Below the pieces are notes generated by a model. The model worked only from the letters and a program-made list of their open reading frames with translations, ran no database searches and was not told where the DNA came from. A program made the translations under genes and the position numbers. A stretch of DNA of 61,505 nt, counting the filler, from Sluysia triapertura (lineage: Eukaryota), in the NCBI GenBank assembly GCA_046118255.1. It is 5 parts of 5 records of this genome, joined end to end, with 100 filler letters (N's around TTAATTAATTAA, not from the genome) between each part and the next. Parts side by side here need not be neighbours in the genome. Positions count along the whole stretch, not along the records: positions 24,251 to 35,200 come from JBJNIA010190974.1; positions 35,301 to 48,208 come from JBJNIA010073388.1; 3 more parts are not named here. The stretch is one strand, 5' to 3'. Positions 27,201-40,699 of this stretch are shown here, one piece after another. Within the stretch, counting starts at the first letter, position 1; every line of letters begins with the position of its first letter.

Positions 27201-29106
27201 TAACAACCAATACAAAATTCAAAAAATATTACGTCTTTTTAAATAACAAGTTACATACATGTATAAAAATTATTAAACAATTTTTTAATATTGATGTAAA
27301 GTCAAACTTTCTTGACTATATAAAAATTAAAAACCTTTAACTCATCTCGCTCACCGCAACATTTCATATATTTCTTAACTGCATTACTAGCTTCTTCTTT
27401 AACCAGATCAAGTTCTCTTCGTAAACTTTTGTTTTCACCATCTATTCTTTCTTTTTGATAGTCATTTGAAACATCATTTTGCTTTATATTTTTCCTTGAT
27501 TCATATTTTACTTCATCCAAATGATTACATAGCTAAAAATGCAAAAAATCTCGTACATTATTCATTAAATAATTAATTTATTGATTAATTAAAATATTTT
27601 AGTAAACCTTTATGTTAATTTACAATTCTGATTATTAATATCGATATAATTATGAGTGGTATGTTATCGTGAGTTCTTTTGACATTTAAAGTCTTAAAAA
27701 GTATTTAAAAGCTTCCAAATAACTATAAAACAATTATTTTCCAAAAAAGAAAATAAAAATTACAACAAAAGAAAATAAGCTTCTAAAAATAGAATTATAT
27801 TTATATTCTATTGGCTGATGACTAGTATATAAACTAGCATAGGTTCAATTTTCAACACAATAATTATTCATTCAATTCATTTTCATCACAAATTAAAATT
27901 TATCAAGATATTTTTGCTGACGCCATATTGATACAAGAAAATTATTTAGTTTTTACAATATTTGTTGGATTCAATCTGTGATAAGTTTATTTCTGATATT
28001 TCAATTAGTATTTGGTAAGCTTTGGTAAACTAAAAATTTGAAATATAAAATCCAAATAAATTCGATTAAGACTCTATCAAAACCTCTATCTAATGAGGGG
28101 AACATTTTTAAATTAATATTAATTGTAACAGAAAATCAAAGATTCATAGAATTCTGTTTATAAATTTATCGATATTTTTTTATAACTGAATTTCATAATT
28201 ATTTCCTTCTCTGTTAAATAGTTAATTTAATTAATACATCTTCTTTAGTTTATTTATTTTAATTATATTAGTTGAATAGGTTGATAATTAAATAATTAAA
28301 GAAACACTTCAATTTAATTAATAAATTAAGTTTTCATTAGAATTAACTTGTGTTAGTTACAGAAATATCTTTACGACATAAGACGTTTACCCTAACGGGA
28401 CCATGCTCAATTTTATTTTAAGACTTAAGAAAATATTAATGAATTTAAAATTATATCTACTATAAATAAACAAACTTTTGAATCGCATACTTTTGTTTCA
28501 TTAGTATTATTAAATTGGTTGAATAGTTTTGGTGCTTAGGTAGGTTCTGAAGGTGTTGCGATTAAATGGTCCATATGGCTTATAAGATGCAGTTTATAAA
28601 TTTTAAATATATTATTATCATTATATAATTATAATTATTATTTGTTGTTATTAAGCAAAACAACAGAAACACAAAAAATTTATAGCTCTTTAGATTTATT
28701 TCATAATTTCAATCTGGATCCAAATTAAACATGAAATCGGAAGAAATCGCCAAAAGAAATTGATTCGTATAAGAGACAATAAATTTAATCCAAATAATCG
28801 AATAATTATGCAATATTAGAAGTACTCGAATCTCGTTAATTTCGTTAATTTCGCACTGGAGTCATGTGCTCCCGCCGAAAATTTTCCCCACAAAGAACAG
28901 TGCATTTTATGACATCAAGTATCGAATCTAAACGACTAATTAAATTTACTCGCTTATTAAAGCACAAAGGCTGCCTAACCGATTTAAGTATGCTAACGAT
29001 ATTCTTATATTCGTTTTCTAATCTATGAATTTGCTCTATGGTTTTTAATTTTATATGTATACTTTTTTGAACGTGCATGCTGCTCGTTACAAATATAATT
29101 GTTGTG

Positions 29107-29138
<32 letters not shown>

Positions 29139-30226
29139 TTTGGTGCTATAGGGGACCTGAATTTAATATCTTGCACATGACCTTTTGTAAGTGTTGAAAT
29201 TATTTGTTTTTAAAAGTTTTATGCCTAAAATATTTTTAATAATTAGAGATTTTATTATTATTTTAATATTATTGATCATACATCATATTCATCACACACC
29301 AGCAGACAGTTGTCTTTGTTGCCTGCAATGATAATTAATATTTCATGTCTACGTATAACTACACTATGTAATTCATATCTAAAATATTTTTAATAATTAG
29401 AGATTTTATTATTATTTTAATATTATTGATCATACATCATATTCATCATAGGCCAGCAGACAGTTATCTTTGTTGCCTGCAATGTCTACGTATAACTACA
29501 CTATATAATTCATATCTAAATAAAATAATATATTTCCGAATTCTGTTTATTATTATTATTATTATTGTTATTGTTATCGAAATTAAACTAATTTATTATG
29601 TAAATCTTGATTGCTGTTAATTTTGCATTTAGTAAAATATTATTGACTTTGATTTAGACATAGTTGGATTATTATTTATTCAAATAAAATGGATCTTTTT
29701 ATAGCCTGGAATTATCCAATATTATATTAATGTTTAAAATAATATTGTTTTTATTGAACATTTATAATTATTGTGTATTTAATCTATGAATGTCGGATAT
29801 TATTATTGTTTTTACATAAAATTCATCTCAACCAATCACATTTTAATAGGAATTTATTTATAAAAAGTACAAATTATGTTTTTATTTGAAAAAGATAATT
29901 ATGTAATGTATAACAAAGATGCAGCCTTATTTATTTCTCGAATATGGAATACTAGTTGATAAATAAATACTTACTTTTGATATTTCTTTTTGATATAATT
30001 GTTCTTTTAATTGAAAATTATTTCCAGTCATTCGTAGTTTTTCTTCGAAATAATTTGATCGATCTAATAATTGTCTATTAACAAGATATAATTTGGTCAA
30101 CTGTGATTGGATATTATTGATTTCGTTTTCTTTTTCTTGAATATCCACTTTTAAGCTATCATTAGCTACTTCAAATTTCACTACTTTTTGTTGTAGAATA
30201 TCATTGTTTCGTTTTAATTTTTCATT
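24251..30226 (-). CDS. Long coiled-coil protein, partial (exons 30226-29975, 27532-27335, 26059-25892, 25044 to the gap)
   Basis: Four GT-AG exons all in phase 0 (252, 198, 168 nt and a long last exon) with heptad-rich E/K/Q/L sequence. The last exon needs frameshift corrections at A-runs. The 5' end was not found. Confidence 0.75.
27662..28397 (+). mobile_element. Solo-LTR-like element copy lacking the HSE array, intronic
   Basis: Starts TGTTAT. Shares GCTTCTAAAAATAGA, ATTGGCTGATGACTAGTATAT (27810-27830) and subterminal GACGTTTAC (28382) with the 37.2 and 43.2 kb copies. TSD poorly conserved. Confidence 0.6.
29227..29520. repeat. Tandem duplication of a 140-155 bp unit
   Basis: AAAATATTTTTAATAATTAGAGATTTT...CCAGCAGACAGTT...GTCTACGTATAACTACACTAT occurs twice back to back. 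Confidence 0.9.
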
Positions 30227-30502
30227 CTAATAAAAGTTAAAATTGTATTTTAATTAAATAAACTAAAATATATTTTTACACGAAAATAAAATATTATTTA
30301 ACATTTTACTCTACTACTAATAGTGACGTTACTTTGAAGAAAATTATTTTTTGTGTGTGCAAGGAAACAAGGTGTATGCAATATAAAATAAAATGATTTT
30401 TCTTTGCAATGGCATTTATTTCATGCTCTTACATCAAATTATTAGCAACTTAAGTCATTTTTAATTCAATATAATTTTGACATTTTTAGTGAAATTAATT
30501 CC

Positions 30503-30608
30503 TGTTGGGGTACAGGCCTACAATAATCGACAATTGTTAGACGGGTTGATAGCTCAGTGATAGAGCATCGAACTGCTCAATGAGAGGTCCATTTTGCGAA
30601 ATCTAACA
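30503..30608 (+). mobile_element. tRNA-Ala-like mini-element, copy 3 (106 bp, internally deleted)
   Basis: TGTTGGGGTACAGGCCTA...TGTTAGACGGGTTGATAGCTCAGTG...GGTCC[T arm deleted]ATTTTGCGAAATCTAACA. Perfect TSD TTCC at 30499-30502 and 30609-30612. Confidence 0.9.
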
Positions 30609-30619
30609 TTCCTGCCAAC

Positions 30620-31546
30620 TCAGGTTATCTGATATTTCACAATTCCATACGATAAAGTTTAAAAGGATAGGAAAATAAAATAGTGTATTCTTTTGATTTT
30701 TGTACAGAATCGAAACGACGAAATACAAAGATTCATTTTACCGTGCTTCCACGAAGATAAGACCTAACCCTAAAATAAGTATTCTTTAGCATACACATCT
30801 GTATTTCAAGCAAAATTAGCTTTAAATTACAATAGATTCTGAGATACTTTATTTATCATGACAAATGAATCAACATCTACTAATTTGTGAGCCGTTGGAA
30901 ATATATTAATAGGTGTTTGTATAACTTGATCATCAACTGTTATAATTAATCTATCAATACTTTTGTCTTCCTTTATCATTTTGTAATTCAATGAATAGGC
31001 TTGATTTAAATATGAAATTATGACTTTTTTGTTGCTTTTACAAATCATAATAAATTCTTTCGATTGCACAAATCTAATATAAATTTCATTAATTTCACAA
31101 TTCCGTGAAACATACTAGTTAAAATTAATTTTATAATTGTAGTTAACTTTGGCTTAACAAGTTTGACATTTGCTGGATAATTATTCTGGTCTTTAAAATA
31201 TTGCAATACATCACATCCGTCTTCAAATCTACTATCTTTTATTTGCATGGCGTTAACATAATAAGAAACAAAAAACATTTTTAAATTATCTTTTTCACAA
31301 AAATCGAGTACTATATTTCTATTAACATATTTGAAATGACATATACGATGGAAAACTAAATGTTCTTTCTATATCTATTGTTGAAATACAATGATCATAA
31401 TGATATAGTAAACCACCCAATTCACTAATAATTATAATACTATAAATGTACATTACAGAGTAAACATTAATATAAGGATCAAAAATTGTTTTATGATTGA
31501 GTTCAAATAAGAATTTTTTAAAACCTTTTTGTAATAACAATTTCAC
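30620..31546 (-). pseudogene. Chain of decayed, apparently intronless ORFs of unknown origin
   Basis: Three consecutive minus-strand ORFs (31546-31322, 31278-31045, 31069-30827) separated by single stops or frameshifts. No motif recognised. Confidence 0.4.
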
Positions 31547-33963
31547 GTAAAATTATAATTATGCTTATTTTAATTTCATGATGTCAATGTTGATTGGACG
31601 TCCAATCCAGATGGGTAAAATTAAAATGCAAAAATAGACTTGATTGTGTAAAAATAATTAAAGTTGTCAGCATGCATAAATCTTTGTTTGGCAATGACAG
31701 TTTCGTTCAATCCACCTGGCAGCAACCAAACTTGACGATTAATAACAATGACTATGAGAATAAAATGGTGATAAATAATAATAATAATAAAAATAAAAGA
31801 TAGCTGCAGTTAATAATAATAATTATAATAAAGTAAATAAATTAAGAATAATAATAATATTAAAATTAAATAAAATAATATAATAGAAATAAACGCATAA
31901 GTCTTTGTCTTGAAATAAAATTAACCACAATTACAAAGTAAAACTATTGTACTTTTGTACAATTACATTCTACCAGTGAAGTTCGGACTTACGTCATACC
32001 AAGCTATTCAAACCTCATTGACTCAGACAGACACATTATGTCTGAATGTTATCGGATTTGATATTGATAATGCTATTGTCAACAACACACATTTACATTT
32101 TATATTTGTATGAGCATTTTATGCTATTTTTAACTTGGTTTATATACATTTAACACACATTTTATGCTATTTATAAATTTTTATTTTGGTAATCAATAAT
32201 GTAATTTAAATTAACAATTTGGAACTATTTTGATAATAATGTAAGTTTTAATGTAATTTTATATTTTATAAATATTTTCATGATAAATTTTAATCTTAAA
32301 TAAAATTCACTAAAAATTGACTAATATTTCAATTTTTAAAATAAAAAAAAATTACAAACTTAAAAAATTAAACAAATATTTCAATTTAGCTTTAATTGAC
32401 ATACGCTGTCAAAAAAAATAATATGAATAGATCAACAAAGAATCATAACATTCATTCTTTTTACACACGTTTTACATTCGTTGTATGCAACATCAAATTT
32501 GCTATTATTGGACAGCCAATAATTTCTGTCAGTTTAAGTACTTGTACACTAAGCAACTGTCATTGGTCGACAGTTTACCAAGTGGTGTGAATTAAATTTA
32601 ATTAAAACTGTAGGCCAATGACAGATTATGTAACTAGATTCTATAGTGCAAATAATAATAATGATAATGTCGGTAATGGCTATAATAATAAAATAAAATT
32701 AATAATAATAAAGTAGAGATAATAATAATAATAAAAAATTTAATAAAGTAAATTAATAATAATAATAATAATAATAATATATAAAAGAAAATGCATAAAC
32801 TTCATAAAATTCCTCTTTATCTTACGCAATCTTTTGAATACACGAGAAATAAAAATGGTAATCATAATAAGTGACAATTGAATAATAGAAATAATTATAC
32901 AAAAACTCATAAATTTCTTTAATTTCTTTTCTTTTCTTTAAGAGCTTTTTAAAATATTTGTTCTAATTCTTATTTTCTTTGAAAAAGGTTTTATTCGGTG
33001 ATGACGAAGAGATGAAATGTGAAAAGATTGATATTAATGATTGAGTGTTGAAGAATTGTGAACTTGAAATGTTTTGGATTAATTTTGAAATGTACGTGTG
33101 AAAATTTTAGATGTAAATTATGATTTTATCATTATAAAACCGTGAATTTAAAATGATCTAAAGTATTTAAAATTTAAATAAGTCTGAAAAAGTAATATGC
33201 GAAATGTTAGGAAATGTGATATTTCGTGTGTAATAATGATTTGAATTTTGAATGAAAAGGTTTTAAATAAACGTCTTGATTCTTGACATAGAGTCGAGTT
33301 AACCTATCATTTTGTTGTCTGTGACAAATATTATTTTCTGGATAAACCGTGTATTTAGTTGAACTACAACTTTCAAAACCATAAAAATATCTAAAATTAT
33401 ACTTATAAATTATTAAATAATATATTCAGTGTAAATGTACGGTTTTTTCTTTACTGAAGTTTGTTTTTTCAAATACCAGCATTTGTGTATTTATAATTAA
33501 TTCTGTTATTTTATAAGATCTTTCGGCAATTCAGATTTTGGACATAAAGAGCAATGATGAAGCTTAAGATTTTTATATAGAAAAAAATTAATAAGATGTT
33601 TCTATAAATTTTAATATTTCTGTTTGATATTATTATAACTGTAACATAAATCAATATCAGAGATCAAGTAAAATATGTAAAGATAAAATTTTAATGCATT
33701 TTATTGCTAAAAAGTAATTAAATACAAAGGCAAATGTGAAAATTTAGCTAAGTAAATCTAAAAATTCAATGAGAATTTCATATTTAATTTTGGTTTTTAA
33801 CGGTATACATTTTGCAATGAGAAATTTCTCAGACATGTGATACGCCCAATCAGTAATTTTTTAAAGTTTGTTTTATTTTTCTCATTTGGTTTAAACATAA
33901 TAACGAATTTTTTAAAATTTATATAAATTGACTAACAACAAATAAACAATGAGTTATTTAAAG

Positions 33964-34569
33964 CAGGCGTGCGCAAACATTCAGAGTTGCACCCCAATTT
34001 CAACATATTTATTTATGGCGCCCCAAACTTAACAAAAATCATAACACCACCATAAAAAAAACTTCATAAATAAAATAAACACCTTTTTAATAACAAAATG
34101 TATTTTTCTGTTTCGTGTAAATTAAATAAATTAAATATTATGAAAATAACAGTTCTAATTCTTTAGTAAAAAAGAAGAAATACTAACAAAATTAAATTTT
34201 AATTCTTTATATCAAAAATGCAATATTATGTCTGTAAATATTTCACTTCTGTTATTTAATAGCTGCTATTTTGTGATTGTGATAACAGTCTGATAACATT
34301 ATTTTTAATTAACAGCTAAAAAAATAGCAGAATACCAAATAGCATAACATCTCTAGTGCGCATCTAGAATTGCTTTGGAATTTTATTCTTGATGATTGTT
34401 CTATATCAAGAACGTAAATTATAGAATTAAATGATGGAATTACTTGAATTGGTAAAAAACAACAAAAAATATTCAAATAAAAACCTAACAATTTTTAAAT
34501 CTTTAGCGAACCCAAATTATTATCATGCGCCCCCACCCCGGGGCTCGTCCCCTAGTTAGCGTACCATTG
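33964..34569 (-). mobile_element. Non-autonomous hAT element (606 bp) with 8-bp TSD
   Basis: ATTTAAAG flanks both ends (33956-33963 and 34570-34577). Termini are CAGGCGTGCGC.../...GCGTACCATTG, with GC-rich subterminal GCGCCCC motifs. Confidence 0.85.
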
Positions 34570-37176
34570 ATTTAAAGAAAACCGATGACAACAATTTATT
34601 AATTTCACCTACATAGACAGATATTTGCTACGAAAAAAATGCATAAGATATTAATTGTTGCAAAAAGCATTCTCTGAAATAATGTGCAGCTCTTTACAGA
34701 AATTAATTTAGGTAATTCGTTCTGTTAAATAAAAATTGCTTTATACTTTGGAAGTATAAATACTTTTACGAAATTGTTTAAAGCTTCTAATGGTTTTAAC
34801 TTCGATAAATCATATTACTTCTGCGTTTTCCGAATTATATTCTCTTTTAACAATATATTCTCTTATATACCTTCTATTGGAAATGCCCCATTTTTCCTAG
34901 GAATATTATAAATAAGCTAGTAAACAATGCTCGTAATTTATATTCTAATAATATTAGCTACTATTACTATTATACCACCATTAAATTGAATTTAGCACTT
35001 TATTCGTATTTATTTATTAATCTTGGATATCTTAAACTTATAAACGAAGAAGAATATTTATTTTGGTCATTTGCATATTTCATTTTTCTTCACTAAATGA
35101 ATAATATTGTTAATTATCACTGTTAATTACTTAAAATGAAATAATTTCAAAAATTACAAATATTGCCATTTGCTTTATTTATCTGAATTTTAAAATATAT
35201 NNNNNNNNNNNNNNNNNNNNNNNNNNNNNNNNNNNNNNNNNNNNTTAATTAATTAANNNNNNNNNNNNNNNNNNNNNNNNNNNNNNNNNNNNNNNNNNNN
35301 TGATTAAAATTTTATAAGTATTTATAGTTGTTTTAGTCTGACCTTGGTCAGACTAAAACAAAACAAATATTTAATTTTAAAAATATAATTTGAATTTTAG
35401 TCGATAATATTAATTAAAAATTTTAAATTAAAAGAATTACAATCGATAATTTTAATATTAGTTTTGTTAAATTTAAATTAAAAGAATTAAAAGAATTACC
35501 TTAAAACTATTTCCAAAATGATCCAGAAATCATTAAGATATAAATTACAAATATAAAATCAATATAAAATCAATAAAGTTGTAGAACAATAATGCACAAA
35601 GTTGTAGTTACATATAAAGTTTATTCAATAAAATTATCATTATTTTTAACAGTTGAATCGTATCAATGTTCAATGTAGTTAGTCACATCACAACACTATT
35701 AATAGTCTGTGCATTATTTTGCAACTGTTTTATACATTGTACTGATCATAAAATGTTTAAAGAATTTTCATTATATCCACTAGCAACCCAAAAGAAACAC
35801 ATTCTTTTACTATATTGATGTTTTTCAAGATATCTTGTATTTCTATTATTTTTATCAATACAAAGCATCCTGATTTCAAATTGAATATGTTTTGTAAAGT
35901 TCATCTGACATATTTTTTGATGTATTGACTATTAAACTACTAAAAGAGAATTATTTAATACATTAATTTTACTAAATATATACAGAAATTTTTTTAAACT
36001 TTATTTTTCATAATAACATAAATAAATAAACGAAAAAAAGAGATAAATTACCATGAATTTTAGTATCACATTGTATTATGTAATTTTATACGAAAATTTT
36101 AATAAATGTATGCAAATTTATTTACTCTATAATTACAATATTACAAAATATTAAATTTTCTTTCAATAATATAAATATGTGTTTTAATTAATTACAATAA
36201 AATATTCTTATTAATTTATTATTGAATAATTCATCTGGGATTATATTTACATTATTAAATGATAAAAAATATAATACTAATAATGGATTTTATTTAAGTA
36301 AAATAGTATTTAATTTTAAATGTGCTTGGTTTAAGTTAAATGCTTTTAATTACATTTTTAATAGATTATTATTATCATTAGTTGTAGTAGCAACAATGTT
36401 TTTACTATTACAATATTTTCCGGATTATAAGGCCTTCTAGTTAAATTTTAAAAAAAGAGTTCTTGTTCAATTTTAATTCATGTTGTAGGATACCCATTAT
36501 ACTGCGGAAAATATTGTATTAGAAGTAAATTACTAATTATTCACTAAAAGTGGTTATGATATAATTTAAATAATATTTATTTATTTATTTATTGTTAAAT
36601 TGAGTCAAAATTTTGTCTGGTCACTTTTTACTGGCTGAAAATTATTATGACTAAATAAAAGCTACGATTTGAGTATTCTGTATAAAACAAGAGAAATCGG
36701 TTTCATTTTTTAAGAAGCAATACATTACTATGACAATGCAGAATTAAAGTCTTTATTGAGAATTATATGTCCCGTTTCAAGGTCACGTGTGATGTCAACA
36801 TAAAAATTTAAATTAAAATTAGACTTACGGTCTTTATTCGTAAATTTTAATTCCTAAAATTATTCTGATTGGTCACATAATTATGTAAACTGTCATAAAA
36901 CTTTAACTAATGTCGAATAATTTTAATAACCTAATTTAAGCAGTCTTTATCCGTGAAAAGATTGTGACATTGCAAATGAAAATACGACTAAAATTTGCTT
37001 TCTAATTCTCAATAAAATAAAATCTATTTCAATTTATGAGTCCAGTTTTTTCTATAGATTTTTTGGCTATATTATATTTCTGGTTATTTATTATTCTACA
37101 TTATAACTATATTCTCTATATAACTATTCTCTTATAACTATATATTATAAGAATAACTATAACTTGTTCTTATTTT

Positions 37177-37921
37177 TGTTAGGTTGTCATCACAATCCTA
37201 TAGAATAATGTAAAATATCATAATAACAATTTAAAATTATTTAAAACTATTTAAAAATCAATTAAAATCATATAAAATCATTTAAAACTATTTATTAATC
37301 TTTAAAATCACTTTAAAAATAATTATTTTCCGAAAAAGAAATTATTTTTGAAAAAATAAAATAAAATTTCGAAAAAAGAAAATTCGCTTCTAAAAATAGA
37401 ATAGAAGCTTATAGAATGTTCTAGAACATTCCACAGATTTTCATTGACTGATGACTGATTTATTTTACAGCGCCTTTGTTCGAGGAATTGTGAAATTTTG
37501 TAAAGTTTCACAGTCTTTGAACAATTTGGATAAAATCTATCGGACATTATCGGAAAAAAGGTATCCATTCATTGGTAATTTATATATTTATATGGTCAAT
37601 TTCAACTATAGAATATTTTTCTAAGTTGCCCAAATATTGAGGAGTAATATCAACTTAAAATATTTGAGTATTACATTAAACGCTCTCGGAGCTTGTATCT
37701 ATAAAATAATAATCGATTTATATTTATTATTTTGTCCTACTAATATTATTGTAAATAAAATACACGTTTTTTGTATTATTTAATTATTAAAGAATTTTTA
37801 AGCATAAATTATTAAAGTTCCTTGATACTTTTGAGCACTCGTTAAAACCCTATCCACGTAACATTTAGATAAACTACTTAGTTACTAGACGTTTACTAGA
37901 GCTGAACCCTGCTAAAAAATA
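37177..37921 (+). mobile_element. Solo-LTR-like element (about 745 bp) with HSE array
   Basis: Starts TGTTAGGTTGTCATCACAA. Carries GAAGCTTATAGAATGTTCTAGAACATTC at 37404-37431 and GACGTTTAC at 37888. TTTT flanks both sides (low-complexity TSD, right end inferred). Confidence 0.7.
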
Positions 37922-39699
37922 TTTTGCCGTTGGTTAAGAGTTAGAAAAACCACAGCATTTTTCTCTTATTATCTTTTGAATATATTTTTTGAAATATTTA
38001 TTTCTAATTTAAAAATTTTAAAGTTTATCAAAGTTCATAAGCAATTTATTTTACGAATTATGTTTATGTACAAAGGTATTATGGAAAGTTTGAGTATTAA
38101 TATTAATAATAATAATATTATTATTATTATTAATATTTGAGTTTTATCAAAGAATCAAATCAATAATTTGCCTCATATTTAGATGTTCATGGCAGATTAA
38201 TTAAAATAAATAAATAAAATATTTTTACAGAGGTGCAGTTTCAATCTTTGATATAGATTTTACTTTATTTCAATATTCTTTTGATCATAGCTATATATTT
38301 TTGCAAAGGAAAAAATTATATATTATAAATTATAAAATCACATTTTATTATAAAATTATAAAAAGCAAAATTCTTAAAATATTTATTAATATAAATTTTG
38401 AATTAAGTACTAAAAATAATCAAATTTATATGAACATTCTTACCTAATTTGAATATTTATTAATTATTATCAGAATTTCTACTCTATTAATCAAAATAAT
38501 ATAAAAAATAATAATTTTGTTCACTTAATATTTCAATAATAATTTAGAAATACTTTGTGTATTCTTTGCAATTAAAGCATTCAAAATAAGAACTCGATGA
38601 TCTATGAATAAAAGTATGAATTAAAATATGTGTTTGTTGCTTTTTCATTGTTTTATAAATTTCGAAGACAACGTAAAAAGTCAATACTCTTTCTGTAATA
38701 ATCCGGACTTATTAATTCTATTATTATACAGAATTAGTTTCATGTATTATAATAAGAAAAATAAAAACAAAAAACCAGATAGAAAAAGCAGTACAAAAAA
38801 TATAAATAAAATCACAGTAGGTAGAACTAAAAGAAAGTGACGATTTTTTTAATCATAATCCGTAAAGAAAATAATTCCTAAAATCTTTATAAGAAAACTT
38901 CTAAGTCGATAGTTGAAAAATGTTAACAATGCAAAATAAGGAAATAAATTATTTTGATTTGTGCTTGTTGTTGATTAAATTAAGCGGGGATGGCGGCTAA
39001 AAAGTAGTTAGACTTTGTATTGAAAACAATGGTATATCGATTGTAAATGTAAAATTTTGTTTTAATTAATCATGCAGTTTATACGCCATTTTGTTTATTT
39101 TCACATTTTAATTTTACTTTTTAATTTCAAGATCAAGAAACATGCTATAATATAGTGTTTAATGTTAGTTTTTTTTGATAAGGGATTAATTCCCATTCAT
39201 TATAAAATAAGTAGAGATAAAATGTTTAATCTTTGTCTATTATTTATCTATTTATTTCTATTTCTAATTGATAATTAAATTCTATTTATATTTTATTTTT
39301 CAATGAATTTAAATAAATAATAATATTAAAAATAAACTAAAACCTATACAGATTTTAAAAAATGTTTACAGAAATTTTCGCTTGAAGAAAAACATCAATT
39401 AAAATAATCAAAAAAATGAAAATACATTGTCATAAAACAAATAAAACATGTTCAGTTTTCTGTGTTTTTTTTATTTTTTATCAAAACACATTACTTATGA
39501 TTTCAAATTTCAATTTGTATTCATATTATATTTGTATTATATTACTTAATAGTCTGCGAATTACGATATAAATGGATATTAACAAATTTATCATATTTAA
39601 AAGAAAGGTTTAAAAAAGCTATTAAGTTACAATTCAATGGTTGACAGCAATTATTATATCAATTTTAATATTTGTCAGTTAAATTCATTATTATTATTA

Positions 39700-40463
39700 T
39701 AATTATTATTATTATTATTTTCATTAAATAGTTATTCTAAACGAAAAGCATTTTATACCGCTACAAAAATAAATGTTTATATCATAACTGTATGGAAGCA
39801 CACATTTTCACATAAAAATTACAAACACACCTCATCACATACGAGCATTTCTTACATAAACAAAACACTAAATAAATTACTTTAGTCATTTAGAAAACAA
39901 GCATAGTCATTGTATATAATTATCATTAGTTATATTTATTGTTATCATAACCTCTATTATAATAATAACTCATAATAATTTCTATTAGCATTGTTACATT
40001 AAACCATTAATAATTCTATTTTTATTTTAATTTCACAATTGTTATCATTATACTTTTATTATTATTACAACTATGTTATTTTTCACTTCCTTTTTATTTG
40101 TGTAATTATGTATACTTGTTTGCGCTTCTGTATGCGTGTTCATTCTGTTTCACTATTCTTTTTATATTTTATTACTTGATGTACTTTCAAAACATGAATG
40201 ATCAAACTCATATTTATGAAGAGATATTGTATGCATATCTGGTTTGTGGAATGACGTTTGTTTTTACAACAATACGAAGTGTACACATTATTGATTTTTT
40301 TGAAATCTTACCAGCTTTAGATTGTTGGAATATGACACTAATATTTTATCTTGTGTATTTAATATTTGATTTAAAATTCGAATATCAAATAACACCTAAT
40401 TATATAAATTTTGGTTTATTTATATCAACATTGTATGCTCACTATGATATTACGTGGTTTTAA
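39700..40463 (+). repeat. Dispersed repeat with a hydrophobic ORF; homologous to about 56560-57320 on the minus strand
   Basis: ACAAACACACC...TCTTACATAAACAAA..ACTAAATAAATTACT (39821-39880) aligns with the reverse complement of 57060-57120. Both continue into ATT-rich hydrophobic-coding sequence. Confidence 0.55.
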
Positions 40464-40699
40464 TTATTATCAGCTTCGTATTCTTGTTTTTTGCTTAAAT
40501 CAGATCTCATATCATATTATTCATATTATTAGCTAACTCAATCTAAGTAAGAATATTATTTCTTAGAAGTAGTCCATTAAACACAAAAATTTTAAAGAAT
40601 AATACAATTGATCGTTTATGGTTATAATCGTTTAAGTGATTCGGGCAGCTGCTACTGAAATATACTAAAATATACTAAGTGACAAAAGTAAAATGCATG

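Noticed and set aside
27814-27822. Hammerhead ribozyme core CTGATGA in the LTR-like repeats
   Set aside because: No properly spaced stem II and GAAA follow. The motif is part of the ATTGG-TATA promoter segment.
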